Source: Ascidiella aspersa
Lineage: Eukaryota
Assembly (NCBI GenBank): GCA_963924565.1
Contig: OZ004612.1
Coordinates: 15,872,001 to 15,936,000 of the forward strand
Direction: 5' to 3'
Length of the DNA stretch: 64,000 bases
Shown here: positions 1 to 13,150 of the stretch, one piece after another
Position numbering within the stretch: position 1 is the stretch's first letter
Layout of the letters: each line of letters starts with the position of its first letter
Translations under genes and position numbers: made by a program
Notes under the pieces: generated by a model
The model's input: the letters and a program-made list of their open reading frames with translations, nothing else
Told to the model about the DNA's origin: nothing
Database searches by the model: none

Positions 1-2433
1 ATTAAAAGGTCATCTTTATTGTCGTGCGTTTCAACGAAGCCAACATATTTATCCGCCCAACACGAAAACGCAAAGCAAATTCCACACGGCCCTGGCGGCG
101 ACAGCAAATGTTTGGACAGCCCAGGTTTATACGCGGTCTTAAAAGGGTCCACCAATACATCTGCTGAATGGTCATTGCCTGTTAAACGGGATGCATCAAT
201 TGAGCCAAACGACACCGGCGACATATAGCGGCATGCTACATCAATAATTAACTATACCAAGAACAGGCATACTGGACGACTTTCAGCCCGAAACCGGTCA
301 ACACAGCTTTCCAATCACAAACCGTGTTGAGCCCTGGTTTGCAGGTAACGCCTCCATCAAAGGCAATGACGATAATCACATGTCAATAATTAGGTGTAGG
401 TTGTGTGTGCGCGGCTGGCGAATGGTCACGCATATTATGTTGGCAGGTATGCAGTTAAGTTTTCGATTTATTGTCTAACTTTTTTACAGTTTCACGGAAA
501 ATGGTTTTATTTTAAATAAGTCTTAGAACATCGAAATTCTACCTTACAATTATTACCGATTATCGATATATGGTTTGATTTTAAAGCTAATTAGGGAGAG
601 GCAGTTCTCTAAAAAAAGAATATCTTAGTAGTACATTTAATCCAAATTATATCTCTCTTTTAAGATTGTTTTAAAATAAACTTAGGGCAACTTAACCTTG
701 TGCAAAAGTGTATAGGATGTATGCCAATTAGTATAATAGTGAATCTGTGAGATCATATATCAAATCGTGTTAAATTAAAGTGGCCTATTATAAATAACCG
801 ATCAGCAATCACCGACAGACCATGACTGTCAATGCACTATACGAGATGTAAAAAAATCCAGTAGTAGTTTTCAAAACTTCTAACTAATACCAGAATAAAA
901 TTAATAATATGGTCTGGCTCTTATTTTCGTGCGCAATGGAAACTATCACGGAGCATTGACGTCAACAGTGGATCCTGGCCTGAATTAACAGCAGGTGCGC
1001 TTTTTGGATAATTCCAACTCGTAATTAATCTGTTCCCTGGTACTTGTTCCAAAATTATATATCTAATTTGTCAACTTTGCTAATTTTACTGTCCAACCTT
1101 CTTCAGTTTAGCTGCATAAACTGTCTAATCTCAATAAAACTGTCACGCGTAAACTCGAAACTGTGAAACGCAAAGCTTGATTTTTGTTGTGCTATGAAAT
1201 GCGACCCAATCGATCTCTATAAGCTTTGCACTTCATCGTGATTGACTTGAATGTTTCATTCGATATTTACTGTTCGATGGTTTATCGTTGGTTATATAAT
1301 TGGCTTGCTAACTTCATATCGCTTCTCTATTTAACTTTAGGTCATGCCAAATTACAGTCAACTGGGTACGTTATAATTCTTAAAAATAAGAAATTTTCAA
1401 AATTGCGTGTTTAAAGTCTAATAAAAGTTCAATAGGAGACTAGGAATTTATTTAAATCAATAAACATCTATATAATTTCCTTTTTCATGCACTCATAAAT
1501 TGGTTTAAATATTTTTCAACTCATTCTGCGTTGGCCCTGAACCCATATATGTCCAAAGAGTTCTTTGCGTATTACGTCCTTTTGCGTAAAGGTTAAAAAA
1601 AGGGTAAACTAGTTCTAAAATTGCCAAGTCGACCAACACAAGTTTGTCAACTAATTAGTAATAACCTCATAATGGTGTGGACTGGAAATTCAGTGTGATC
1701 GGTCGTTAAGCCGATTAACGCAACTCGGTCGCAAAAGTTCCACAACAAATAGGAGATTAAAGGCAGAACGATCCACGATTGCTCGTGCTGACGTACGGCT
1801 TTCATTGCGAAGATAAACTCCCGAAGCTAAAAGATAAGAGAGAGAAACTCGTCAGGGAGAGAAAGGGAAAAAGGTTCAGCACTCATGTAAGCACCCTGTC
1901 CAGAACACGTTTCATACCGGGTTTGTTAGAAAGTGTGCCGGCTGGTACCGTACAAGGCGCTGTACAGTTGACTCGTAAAAGCAACGATCGGTTTATTATT
2001 ATGTTGTACAGCAATACGAGTGACTTGAGAATACATACTAAGATTTTCTATGTTATATGTCATGTTACATTTTGCATTAGTTTGTAGATTACTGCTGAAA
2101 GAACATAACAGAAGTTCAAACTTACCTACGAGTTATCTGTGCGACAGTCGATATTTTTGTCAACGAGAAAGACGCTTCCACACCGTGTTGTTTTTTCCTT
2201 ACAAAATGCAACGTCAAAGCATGCGATTAATAGGTTGTGACGTAACTCTTATACGATTTTGATTTGTCAGTTCTCCCCTCTAATACAGTAGTTTGCTGTA
2301 TTTGCCTAAAGATTTTTGTAAAATTGAATTAGATTAAAGGTGACTAAACTTTTACGTCGACAGGTATTATACGAATAGAGAGTGAGCGAATCCAGTTAAA
2401 TACCCAAAGTCCAATAGTCGTTGAGCTGGTTTG

Positions 2434-2800
2434 ATGAACGCCACTTTGGCCTTTGAGCGGCTTCCACCTGCGGAAAGTGGCTGTAATAAAGCGCCATCGG
2501 CGACCAGCCAGAGCAGTCTTCTCGAGTCAAGTACAAACAGCAACTCGGTGAACAACAACCAGTCCAGCAGTGACGACATGCCACCCGACGTCTCCGCCCG
2601 CTTCAGCTCAGAGTGTTGCGAAGATGACGTCAGCAGCAATGACGTCGCCAAAACCTCGCGCGCTTCGAGCGAGTGCGAAAACCGGCTTAAGTGCGTACTT
2701 CTGGGGGACGGTGCAGTGGGCAAGACGAGTCTGGTTGTGAGTTACTCGACCAATGGATACCCAACGGAATACGTGCCCACTGCCTACGATAATTACTCAG
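2434..2800 (+). CDS. RHOU/RHOV: RhoU/V-like GTPase copy A, coding exon 1 of 4 (~312 aa total)
   Basis: ATG at 2434, with an in-frame MPP start at 2578. Encodes [37 protein letters not shown] (P-loop and switch I, with the RhoU/V-type NGYPTEY). Donor G|GTGAAT at 2801, phase 1. Confidence 0.92.
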
Positions 2801-3911
2801 GTGAATACTGGGTGCTGTGTATTAATTATGGTGGGATTTATTCTAGATTTCAACATAGACTTTCGTCCGATTGTATGACGATCAATAATTTATTGGTGAA
2901 TTATATTCTGCATCTTCCACACATGACCAAATTAATTTAACGAACCACGCGTTAAGTCGCTATCAGTTGTCTGGGTTATACCTTTTATTTATCCTTTTGG
3001 TAATGCCATTAAATTTAGCCAAATTATGAAATTGACTCTTTAAAACAAATATTTTATAAATGTAGTGCCTGAGCTGGTGACCATAATGTCTAGGTATGTA
3101 GTTTTCTAATTAATCGTGCGCAAAACAAAAAAGATTGAGGTTAGGTGGTTTAAAAATATCAATGTTTACGTACTCTGACAAAACAATTAAGTTAGAACGT
3201 TTGTCTTTCGGACGATTAGCCGCGGCGATAAGGTCGCACCCCATCAACTATCTGCGCTGGCCACTGTGTGGTCAGTCTTTGTACCTGTCAGCGAGACAAA
3301 GCATCTCAATTAGACGTTCCTTTGCCTGTTACCAGAGTGAACAAATATACTACAGCCTTCGGGATTAGCACTTATTTGTCTAAAATTAAATTTTGTAAGG
3401 GAAGACTAATGGGCTTACAATATCTACTCAATCGTTATAGTGTACGACGTTTCATTTTGGGAGCGATTAACATTTTACAAATCCACCGAAAATGGCCTTG
3501 TTATAACCAGTTGAATATCTTCCACAAACACAAACCTCCCTGTGTGCCTCATTTACATGTATTTTTGGCACCCCAAATCAGGGGTGGCAAATCTATGGTG
3601 CGTGTGTCAACTGTAGCTCATTACATGACTAGATAATTGACGCACTATACACCAGCGAGAAATAATACAAAAACACAACATGCTTGTTAGGGGAAAGTAT
3701 TAATACGCTTTTTCAGAAAAGGAACAACGGAAATTTAAGTAATTTCGAGCAGAAAGTTTTAATGAGATTAATTGTAATTTAAAACATAGAAATAATTATT
3801 TTTGTTGCGCATTTAACTAATTAAGTGGAAACCGTTATTTGGCTATTTCCACTGTTAAAGTGGTTTGTTACTGTTGTTCCGCTTTGTAACAAAACTTTTT
3901 TATTTTTTCAG

Positions 3912-3970
3912 TCAGCGTGAAAATCAACGACAGGCCAATCAGATTACAGATATGCGACACTGCTGGCCAG
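3912..3970 (+). CDS. RHOU/RHOV: RhoU/V-like copy A, exon 2 (59 nt)
   Basis: Acceptor TTTTTTCAG ends at 3911. Encodes VSVKINDRPIRLQICDTAGQ. Donor GTAAAT, phase 0. Confidence 0.95.
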
Positions 3971-6900
3971 GTAAATTAATCGATTTTGATCGTTCTACTA
4001 AAGACATTAAAACATTGATATATGATCTGATTTTAGTCCGCCACCAATTTAAAACCACCTTTAAAAGTTAGAGCGTAGTGCCTTTGATAGTTTTAAAGGT
4101 TTTTATTGGTGCTGGGATTTGCATTGTACCATAAAAAAGCTTTAATATAATAAGAAGTTTTCATGACTACTGATTTAAATCCGAGAGTTATTATTGTACC
4201 GTGAAGTTGTCTAATTGTAAAAATTGATTGCGTTCGCCATAGCTTCCAATCAGCAAAATATTCCGCCAAGTAAAAGTTTGGGAACCCAAGTTCTGAAGCG
4301 TGCTGTGGTTTCCAGGGGCATGAAGTAAAGAGGATTTGTAAATATTATGCACTGCGCAGATCTTAGGTTTCTGTTAAAATTACCAATACTTGTAAAATGC
4401 TTTAGGTTCGTTTAACTGTAATTTTAGCTTAGAGCCAACAAGTGGACACATCTGCTGGCGCAACAGAAAGTCTTCAAATCATTCGTAAAATTAACTTGCG
4501 CGAGTACTTTGTTGAACAGGGAAACAAATGCCTGTCGCAACACTTCCTTTGGCACCACAAGCGTTTTGTGCTTTTTCCATGAAAGGAAAAACGAAGAAGA
4601 AAGTGAGTCTAGGTTACAGGGCGCGATCTGGCCGACATGTCTATAGCCGCTCGCGAAAACTCTCCCGGGACGACAGTTCAAAGTCGTTAATGCGCTGCGC
4701 TGCGAGAAGCCTAAGGCCTCTTTGCAGCAAGTTTAGCCCTCTTTCGTTCCCAGTAGGCTGAATAACGACTGGAACTTTGACCCAGGCTCCCTTGCCGAGC
4801 ACCGTTTATGGACTTGGTGCCTTCGTTAGGAAAACCCGCGATCAAAGTCTTTTTTGCTGCTGTGTGAATAACACTTTCGTGCACCTCTAGTCATCTCACT
4901 TGCCTGTTGTTTCGGTCCAACAACTATGTGTTTGCCGTGGCAAGGTTTGCACAAGGATGACACGCAAAATCGTAAAGCGTTCCATAATAATAAAAAAAAA
5001 CTTATTTTCGCGGGTTGGCCGCTGCGTGTGGTAGTTTTCTGCTATCTTTTAACAAATCTGCTCGATCGATACAAAAATAAATCACATATTGTCTACAGTG
5101 CAACACCTGTTTATTTCCATTACACAAACATTGAACTTAGTTTCACAAAATGGCCCTAAAGCCTAAATTATGGAGATGGAATCGTACTAAAAGTTGCACC
5201 TATTTAAGCACATTCTTCTAAACTTCATACGCTATTCCAAATTGCCTCGAGGGATTTTCGTGGTTTATATTAAAAAATTAATGGAGAGCACAGTGGAAGA
5301 AGATAACGCCAAGGTTTTGAAGTAAGTGGACTGAAGTAACGCAAGTAAAAATGTATTTTGCGATGGCAGATTGAGATATGTAGAGTCTATTTTTAAATAA
5401 CGAAAAAAGCCTTGTCACAGTCTCGTGCCATAACTCATTTGAAAATATCGATATATTATATTTACCTTGGCATTGTCTGACATTGCCTTAAATGTTATAC
5501 CGTGGGCGTTCTTGATCAGCTGCTTCACCGATACAAGTGCCTAATTGCCTTCGCTAAGTCGCTTACATATATGGTCAAAGGCGCCTTCCACTTGCCTCGC
5601 GCGTTAATGATGTCATTGTCACGGGGTCATTTGGACGACCTTGGCGAAGTTGGCGTGTTTATTCACTTGCCACGTTGAGCGCGCGCTATCATTACACAGC
5701 CAAATGAAAGTCCCTGTTTTAAGCGGTTAATGTTTAAGAACACTATATAGCGGATTGGAAACTTTTGGGAAAGGCACAAGATGAACACAATAATTTTGTT
5801 GTTGCACGAAGCCAATCAGCAGATAGTCAGATAACTTATAAAAATTTTTAGCATGAATTTCATACCACTCAAGTTTATAGACATACGGTGTAGAAGTTGT
5901 TATGATTTAAAAAATATGCTGTAACATCTGTGTTTTAATTATATGGGTTTTACGTTTGTCTGTTTAATATCAACGAGGCTGTGCAAAATATTATTCAACA
6001 CAAAAACCTTCAATAATAAAAAGCCCGTTGGTTGGCAGAGGATAACAATATTCGATTTTTGTTGGATTTTCCTTTGCCCATGTTCTGCGTTTCTCCCTAG
6101 CTGAGCACACACACGGACTCACAAATCCATGGAAGTTTAAATATCATAGGATCGAAATTTGTTAGTATAGTCACGGGCATTGCTCGCAACCATTGTTCAC
6201 CGTATCCGCTATTCGCTCGGCGTTACTCGTCACCAAGTAGTTTACGTAGCCACCCGAATACTCCGATGTTCGCCTTATTTCTCCATCTTGCTCTAAAATG
6301 CCACGCGCCTGTCTTCAAAGCGCTTTAGCCTTTAGGCTAGGCTCGTTTATTGTCGTTTACGGCCACGCCCGAATGCGCACAGTTGGCGTCGATGCAACTC
6401 TGGCATAAGACAGCACTCAAGCGTCGGTTGAATAGCGTTTAAAGCATCATTGCCACCACTCTGACTCTATACTTGTTTTGAATTTACCAACAAATTGAAA
6501 AGAAAGGTAAATCAAGCGTGGCCTAAACGAATTGGTTCATCAGCCAGATTGGCTCTAATCTGGTCTACGCTTGGCGAACACATAGTTGGTGTTTCTTTTT
6601 CTGTTTTTTAGTTGAGGGTTACGTCTTCACACTGGAATTTTTCATTTCACTCCAACTCCAATGGTATACCTCCGACAAAGATAGGACACATTACCCTGTA
6701 AATTTCATAGTCTGTTGTGGCATGTAGCCATAGACAGCAGATGAACTGTATTATGTTAAGGTTTAAGTCTTAATTTGAACAGCCTTTTATTTAAATTGTT
6801 TATTTATATAGAAATGTTGATTCATTTGGTATACCATTGAAGCGCGAAATATATTTCCACTTGTAACGGTTTTATATCTCCTCTGTTTTGAGTAAGGCGG

Positions 6901-7204
6901 TTGGTGGGCGGTCGACAGCAGCGTCAAACGATTTCGTGGTACCAGCAATTTACGAGCTCAGACGGCGCGTCTAAAATGGCCGCCCATCAATTTCACGTTT
7001 TAATATTGAATCAGATGTTTATCGCAATCACATGCTCTGTTGGCGTTCGACACGCCTGCTTTAATTTTACAATGGTCGTGTAAGAAAAAATAAAACGCAA
7101 TTTTAACATTGCTATGGCACTACATGGATAAGTCGCCATGTACCAAAAATTAACAGTACTTCAGTTGAAAGCATTGCGTTGCAGAGTAACGCTCATCTCG
7201 ACAC

Positions 7205-7430
7205 ACTGCTGTAGTGGTAACCCTGCCTAGCGGTTCGAATACACAGTCGGGTGTTAGTTTTCTCTTGGCACACAGCCCACAGTACTAAGGCTACAGGCGC
7301 GGAGAACTACCCCTAGTTGGTTGTCTTGCCTGCTAGCTTTATGTGTAATTGTTAAACAGTTCAAGTGCCTACCAAGCTTATCGGGAGGCTTCCAACCGTC
7401 CGATTAGAGTCGGGTTTACATAATTTCGAA
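7205..7430 (+). mobile_element. possible degenerate tRNA-derived SINE in intron 2 of copy A
   Basis: A-box-like TGTAGTGGTAA at ~7210 and B-box-like GGTTCGAATAC at 7232-7242. No cloverleaf; boundaries uncertain. Confidence 0.25.
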
Positions 7431-7691
7431 ATCGTTAATCTGTAGGCTACTGCTTGTTTCTGAAGGCGAAAAAAGTAGTATGCCTAGATGGAAATCGTCA
7501 TGTCGTAATAAATATTGTATATGTTGTTTTTGGTATTTTTAATATAAAGTAAAATGCAATAGGAATACTTGCTGCACCTAATGTTCTCGGATTGTAATTA
7601 TACTTTATTGAAGTGCTTAGCGTTAATTGTTGCCAAAGCGTAAATAAATTGCGTTGTTCCATTTTTCACAAGCCCTCCTCATCTTTTACAG

Positions 7692-7906
7692 GACGAGTTC
7701 GACGGCATGCGTCCCCTCTGTTACCCGGACACCGAGATATTCCTGGTGTGCTTTAGCGTGGTGCGTCCGGTTTCCTTGTGCAACATAAGGGACAAATGGC
7801 TGCCAGAGATCAAAAAGTTTCAGCCCAAGGTTCCTTTTCTCATCGTGGGCACCCAGATCGATCTCAGGAACAATCTTAATGTGTTGGTCGATCTCGCGCG
7901 CTTAAA
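7692..7906 (+). CDS. RHOU/RHOV: RhoU/V-like copy A, exon 3 (215 nt)
   Basis: Acceptor CTTTTACAG. Encodes DEFDGMRPLCYPDTEIFLVCFSVV...VGTQIDLR. Donor AA|GTAAGT, phase 2. Confidence 0.95.
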
Positions 7907-8363
7907 GTAAGTACTTTTGATCTAATGCCTCTTTTCGTACAATTCTTGTATAGTCGCTTTGCTAATTTGTTAAGACGACGTATAATTTATTGTAGCCGTA
8001 GATGTAAAATTATACTTACGTGCCCCAGTTATATTTACCTTCCACAGTCGCGTACAGAAATTTGAGGGGGCCTGGCGTTAATTTATGGATGACTGTGTTC
8101 CTTAAAAATGGTCCCGGTTATATAGGAAATTGATTTACCATAATTGGATTTGTGCAATCTGGAACCTTCCTCTAAGTGGCACTGTTTATCCCAGTTCTAT
8201 AGGCCTTCATTTCAGCCAATCCCATCCAGTGTACTTAGTTCGGTTTTCAGAAAAATACTAAACATTTAAAAGATTCATATAGGTGAGACAAGGAAGCTAT
8301 TAGGGTTTTAGGTACCGTAATTTACAAACAATTCAGTGGTTAAATTGAACATTTATCCTATAG

Positions 8364-8661
8364 TGAGCGTCCTGTGGAAGAAGAAGAGGCTCAGCTCTTT
8401 GCTAAGCGCTGCGGCGCGGTTGGCTACGTCGAGTGTTCCGCGCTCACGCAGAAAAACCTCAAGGAGGTCTTCGACACCGCAATCCTTGAGGGGATCCGAT
8501 ACAGCGAGAAGAAAGAGAAGAAAGAGAAGAAGGGCAGGAGCTGGAGCATGCGCAGGAACGAGTCCACCAAGAGCGAGAAACGTGAGGCTGCCCAGAGGAG
8601 GGCAAAGAGTGTCCGGAGGAAGTCAGTCGTCTGGTGGAGAAAGTTCTTCTGTTTTTCGTAA
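8364..8661 (+). CDS. RHOU/RHOV: RhoU/V-like copy A, exon 4
   Basis: Acceptor CCTATAG. Encodes ERPVEEEEA...YVECSALTQKNLKEVFD, a polybasic tail, and ends WWRKFFCFS* (CXX end as in RhoV). Confidence 0.95.
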
Positions 8662-11600
8662 CTTCCTCTTTTAGCCATTGTAGGATGCTGGTGATTGACA
8701 AGAAGACCTTGTGACCAAGCGGGCTTCCAGAGGAGGGAAAGTAACAGAAAGAAAAAACAGACCATTGTTTCAAATACGCCGTGTTTCGTACGTTGACTTC
8801 TCGCTTGCTTTTAATTGGCCCTTTCTTTTTGACATAAAAAATTAAATCCATTTTTGTCATTTCGGTGGCCGTAACTATATGACTGTTGGCATCCACATGC
8901 CAACCTTAACTATGGAGATCGATCGACTCTAAAACGGAAGTTAGACTCATTGACGTTCGAATACTGTTCAACTATTGTTCCATGATGTTTCCATTGGGTA
9001 AAACCTATCACAACTTGTTTGGTAAAATGCATTGCCTAGTTTGCGCATGAGCAGTTGGTTGGTCGTTAAACAACATTTTTGATGTACTTCTTTTTTAGTG
9101 CTGGTTGCCGTTGGAAGATTTGTCTGTTATATATGTTTTTGTAAAGGCATTTTGGATTAATCTTTTGTTTTATAACTTAATTTTAATTTCAATATTTCTA
9201 TTTTCAAAAATTAAGCAAGTTTGCTATCTTTGTGATTTTTATTGACTGCTTTTTAGTGCAATTTTCTTTCACGCTCGAAAATTTAATTTGGCTCCTTTTA
9301 GATATAATAGCTTGATGTTTATGGTTATAGTCGCATTTGTTACGTCATGTCTATATCTAAGGACAATTTAGTCTCGTTAAAGATATTCATATGACTATTT
9401 GAGCGAGTTTGTTTCACAGTCCAGCACTTTTTCGATAGTATATGATAATTATACATGCTGGTTAAAGCCTGTCACACCAAATAACCAGAAAACCGATACA
9501 CCGAGCAACTGAAATTCTTCTCAATCACGGGTCGCTATCAAATAATCAAGGGTCCTTGATTGCGCCCTGTTGCTATGACGTAACAATAACACTGTGCACT
9601 TTTCTCTGTGTATATTTTCTAATTGCGCGTGCCCTTATGTGTGTGTATTGGCATTATATGTACTTAGCAAGCGACTAGCAATTATTTCCGTTTTGTCATT
9701 TGCTTGCGTATAAACATGGCTTTTAAACCTAAAATGTCGTCATTTTCTCATAAATCTTTGTTGTTTTGACTTCGCGTGTATAAACCGTTGTGCAAACTAT
9801 AAAACAGGCTGACATACAATCCCAAACATTGCATCACTAAGTTAAATCAACAGAATGATCAAATCGGAATTTTATCTTTCTTGTGTTTGAAAGGTACCGT
9901 TGGTTACTCAAAATGCTGTATGACATTGAATTTATTTCATGGCGTGATTGTCGATAGCCAACCTTTCGATGTATTGACTGTGTTTTTAACCCAATTATGC
10001 CGCACCTATATCGCTATACGCTCGCCGTACTATCGCCCTTTCGTGTGAATCGTAGCAAATACTTTCACTCGTCCTTAAGCATTTTACTTTTGTTTGCTTT
10101 AAGCCATATATGACATAAATTGTTATGCATGGACTGGTGCAAATTTGCGCTTGTCTTTTGTTCATTAAAATTGCATTAAACTTATAATTGTAATTTATTA
10201 TCTTATTACTATATTGGCACGGTGGGATAGTGATTTTTGCAGTTATCAAACTTATAGAGGGGCATATTGGACCACGAATTTGACACAGTTCAGTAGACTT
10301 AGCAGAGTTAAGCGGTTTAAAGGTTGTGGTTTTTGGCTCTCCTGTCAAGTGCTAGACTAGGCGAAAGGCGTAGGACGTGTATGAAACGAATACGAATTTC
10401 TACTTCGGTTGAACTAGCTTAGTAAAATTGGAAGCCCTGGTCATTTGAATTTAGCCATGTCTAAACTATTTATTGCTAGCCTATGACCATCTTTTGTTAA
10501 TTTAACCGAAGCTTGGACAAAATGTAACCTTCAGTATGAAATCCCTATTTTACCAGAACAATAAAGTCAATTTGTCACTGGAATATGAATAGCAACTTGA
10601 GTAGTCTTTGGGCAGCAATATAGCAATAAGCACACCGACTGCTATTAATAATAATTATGTTTCCATTGTTCATTCTACTGTTTTCCAGGAGCACTTTTGC
10701 AATTGTCATAATTCGTGTTTAAGTACAATCAACCAATAAATTTTGTTTGTCAATCAATATGGCATTCCTAAAAGTTCTCAAGAGAACTCTTTTTTGTTCA
10801 GCAAGATACCAAGTTGGTCATTTAAGTGTCAAAACTAAAATGTTTATATGATTAAAAACACACTTTCGACCTATAATAACACAAAAGCTTATTTCGGATC
10901 ATTACGAAAGTTTCATAAAATAATTAGCTAATTATTACCTTGCAATGCTTGTTTAGGCTAAGTTGCAAGGCAACGCTTTTATGAAACATTAAACCCTACT
11001 GACAAGGGTCGTCATTTTAATCGTAAAATCGTTAGCCTTATTGGTGTGACCTTTTAGTTGCATGGTAAACAGAGTTGTTAATCGCGTGCATCAACAGATA
11101 AAGTGAAAATAAACTCAAGCGACACGGCGTTCATGTTCGAGGTTGTTCGAGGCGTCACACTTATTGTGTACAACAACACCGATTAAGTTTTACGGCCAGG
11201 CCAAACCATTCACACTCTCGCGTTTTGTCCCAAACTATAATATGTTTTAGCAGATTCTATTTCTCCCTATTCACTTTCACCAAACACTTGACTAGTGACG
11301 TATTTTACTGGTGATATACGGACGCAGTTCTGTTGGTAATTAAACGTTGATATATATTTTTTACTTTTTGGCGTCATGCACTATCTATAAGGCCACAAAA
11401 CGCGGCGTTGGTTATCGCTGTTTTTTGTTGTCCTGGCGCTTGATTAACCGCTTACTTTTTGAAAGAATAGTTTACAACAAGGTTGCGATCAGGTAAAACA
11501 AGATAAAAATAAGGAATATCTATTACACTTAAAAAGAAAAAAATAGTGACAAAATGCTTCCCGAGAAAGATTTTTCTGTGTAAATCCATGAACTTTAAAA

Positions 11601-13008
11601 TCACGATCATATTATAAATTAAATCGGAATATTCGCTTTCCAACACGGGTAAACTGCATGACAATACAATAACTGAAAAGTGGTACTTCACAGTGTCATG
11701 GTGGACAGATCACAAATCGAACACTTCCGCCGCTGTTAGCTAGAACGGGAGTGGTTTCATACACCTCAGCGATTTTCAAAGGATGGTTAAACTCGTTGGG
11801 CGACCTTAGTAATGTATAACGCGACTGACACACCTCAAATAAGTCATTACCGTACACTGGTGAACAATGATTTTATGTAGCGGCGCGTCCGATTCGGAGA
11901 TTAAGCGCTATTTCGGTTGTCAAGGATAAAAGACCTCACGTACGGGTGGTTAGACGTGCTAAGGTTGAAACAGTTCTTGGGTTTCCGTTTCTTAGCAGTC
12001 AAACAAAGGGTTTGGAAGAGGCCTTTCCCGAATTATGGGGTTCGGTTTGGTTGCGAAGCGTGATGACTTTAAAGGAAAAAAATGATTTGGTTATTTTATT
12101 TAGCCAAGCAAAATAACTATTATCTCCAACGACTGTGCTTTTTCAGGACTACTGGTAAAACACTATATTGTTTTATAAGCAACTTCGAAGTTAAACAGGA
12201 CGAAGAAAAATAAATTGGGAAAGGGTTACTTCGCACCTAACATTTTTGATTTGAAAACTGAACACAATTAAATGTTTTTGTTTTCGTCGCAATTACCTAT
12301 TGTTATGGCCAACCGTATATATGTACAACTTTTTAGCAAATAGAAATATATTTGAATTTTTTAAACAAAACTTGACCGGCGGGTCTACAAGAATTACACT
12401 GTTTTTCGTAAAAATAATGCCCTATTGCGCAATGAAAGGTTCAACGAAAGCAACTCAATGGTTCAATGAAAGCAACTCAGCAATAAAGGCGAAAGAAAGT
12501 AGTTTTGCACATCAAGCGCTTTTCCAAGAAAATTATTTTTACGATTCCTACGTGTAATGTGAGTCTCTGTGAGCAAGTACTTCTTACTGATTGCGTACGA
12601 TTAAAGTGAGGTGTTTGTCATCTTTGACAAGAAAGCAAAAAACCTGCCTAAGGCAGGCGATACAACTCACCAAACATAGGAAGACAAGCCCAGGCAAATC
12701 TCGGTGCCTTGCCCTACTTATCGATTTCTTCTTCGACGGATATAGGCAAGGTGCTTGACAAGCTGTCGCTATGTACCTTCGAATTGACTTTCGTCAATGA
12801 TCGCCTTGACTGAAGTCCTTGCAATTAACGGTATATTGATTAAAGCCATTGTTTCATTCTAGCGTTTCTTCACAGGGATTGCTATTAATATGTAATTTGC
12901 AAGTGTATTGGTATTGTGTAGGGCGACGCTGCATCCCTGGTCTAAACTAGATTTTTTAAAGATTTTCTCATGCTTAAGTCGAAAGAAATGTGAAACCCAG
13001 GCGTGAAC

Positions 13009-13150
13009 AGACGCGGATCTAGACTTTTTGATTGCTGGAGAAATACATTTTTTAGATATGACGTCACAAAGTTGTTATGACGTGACGTCACAAAAATACA
13101 TCAAAACATGACGTCAAAAAGTAAGTTATATACGTGACGTCATAAAAAGT
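13009..13150. repeat. cluster of four TGACGTCA (CRE) palindromes, probably MITE subterminal repeats
   Basis: TGACGTCA at 13059, 13083, 13109 and 13135 (24-26 bp period), preceded by hAT-terminus-like CAGACGCGGATCTAG. Confidence 0.7.

Noticed and set aside
8336-8896. Overlapping alternative-frame and antisense ORFs on Rho exon 4
   Set aside because: Shadows of a GC-rich coding exon; the same applies at 2367-2723 and 28092-28465.
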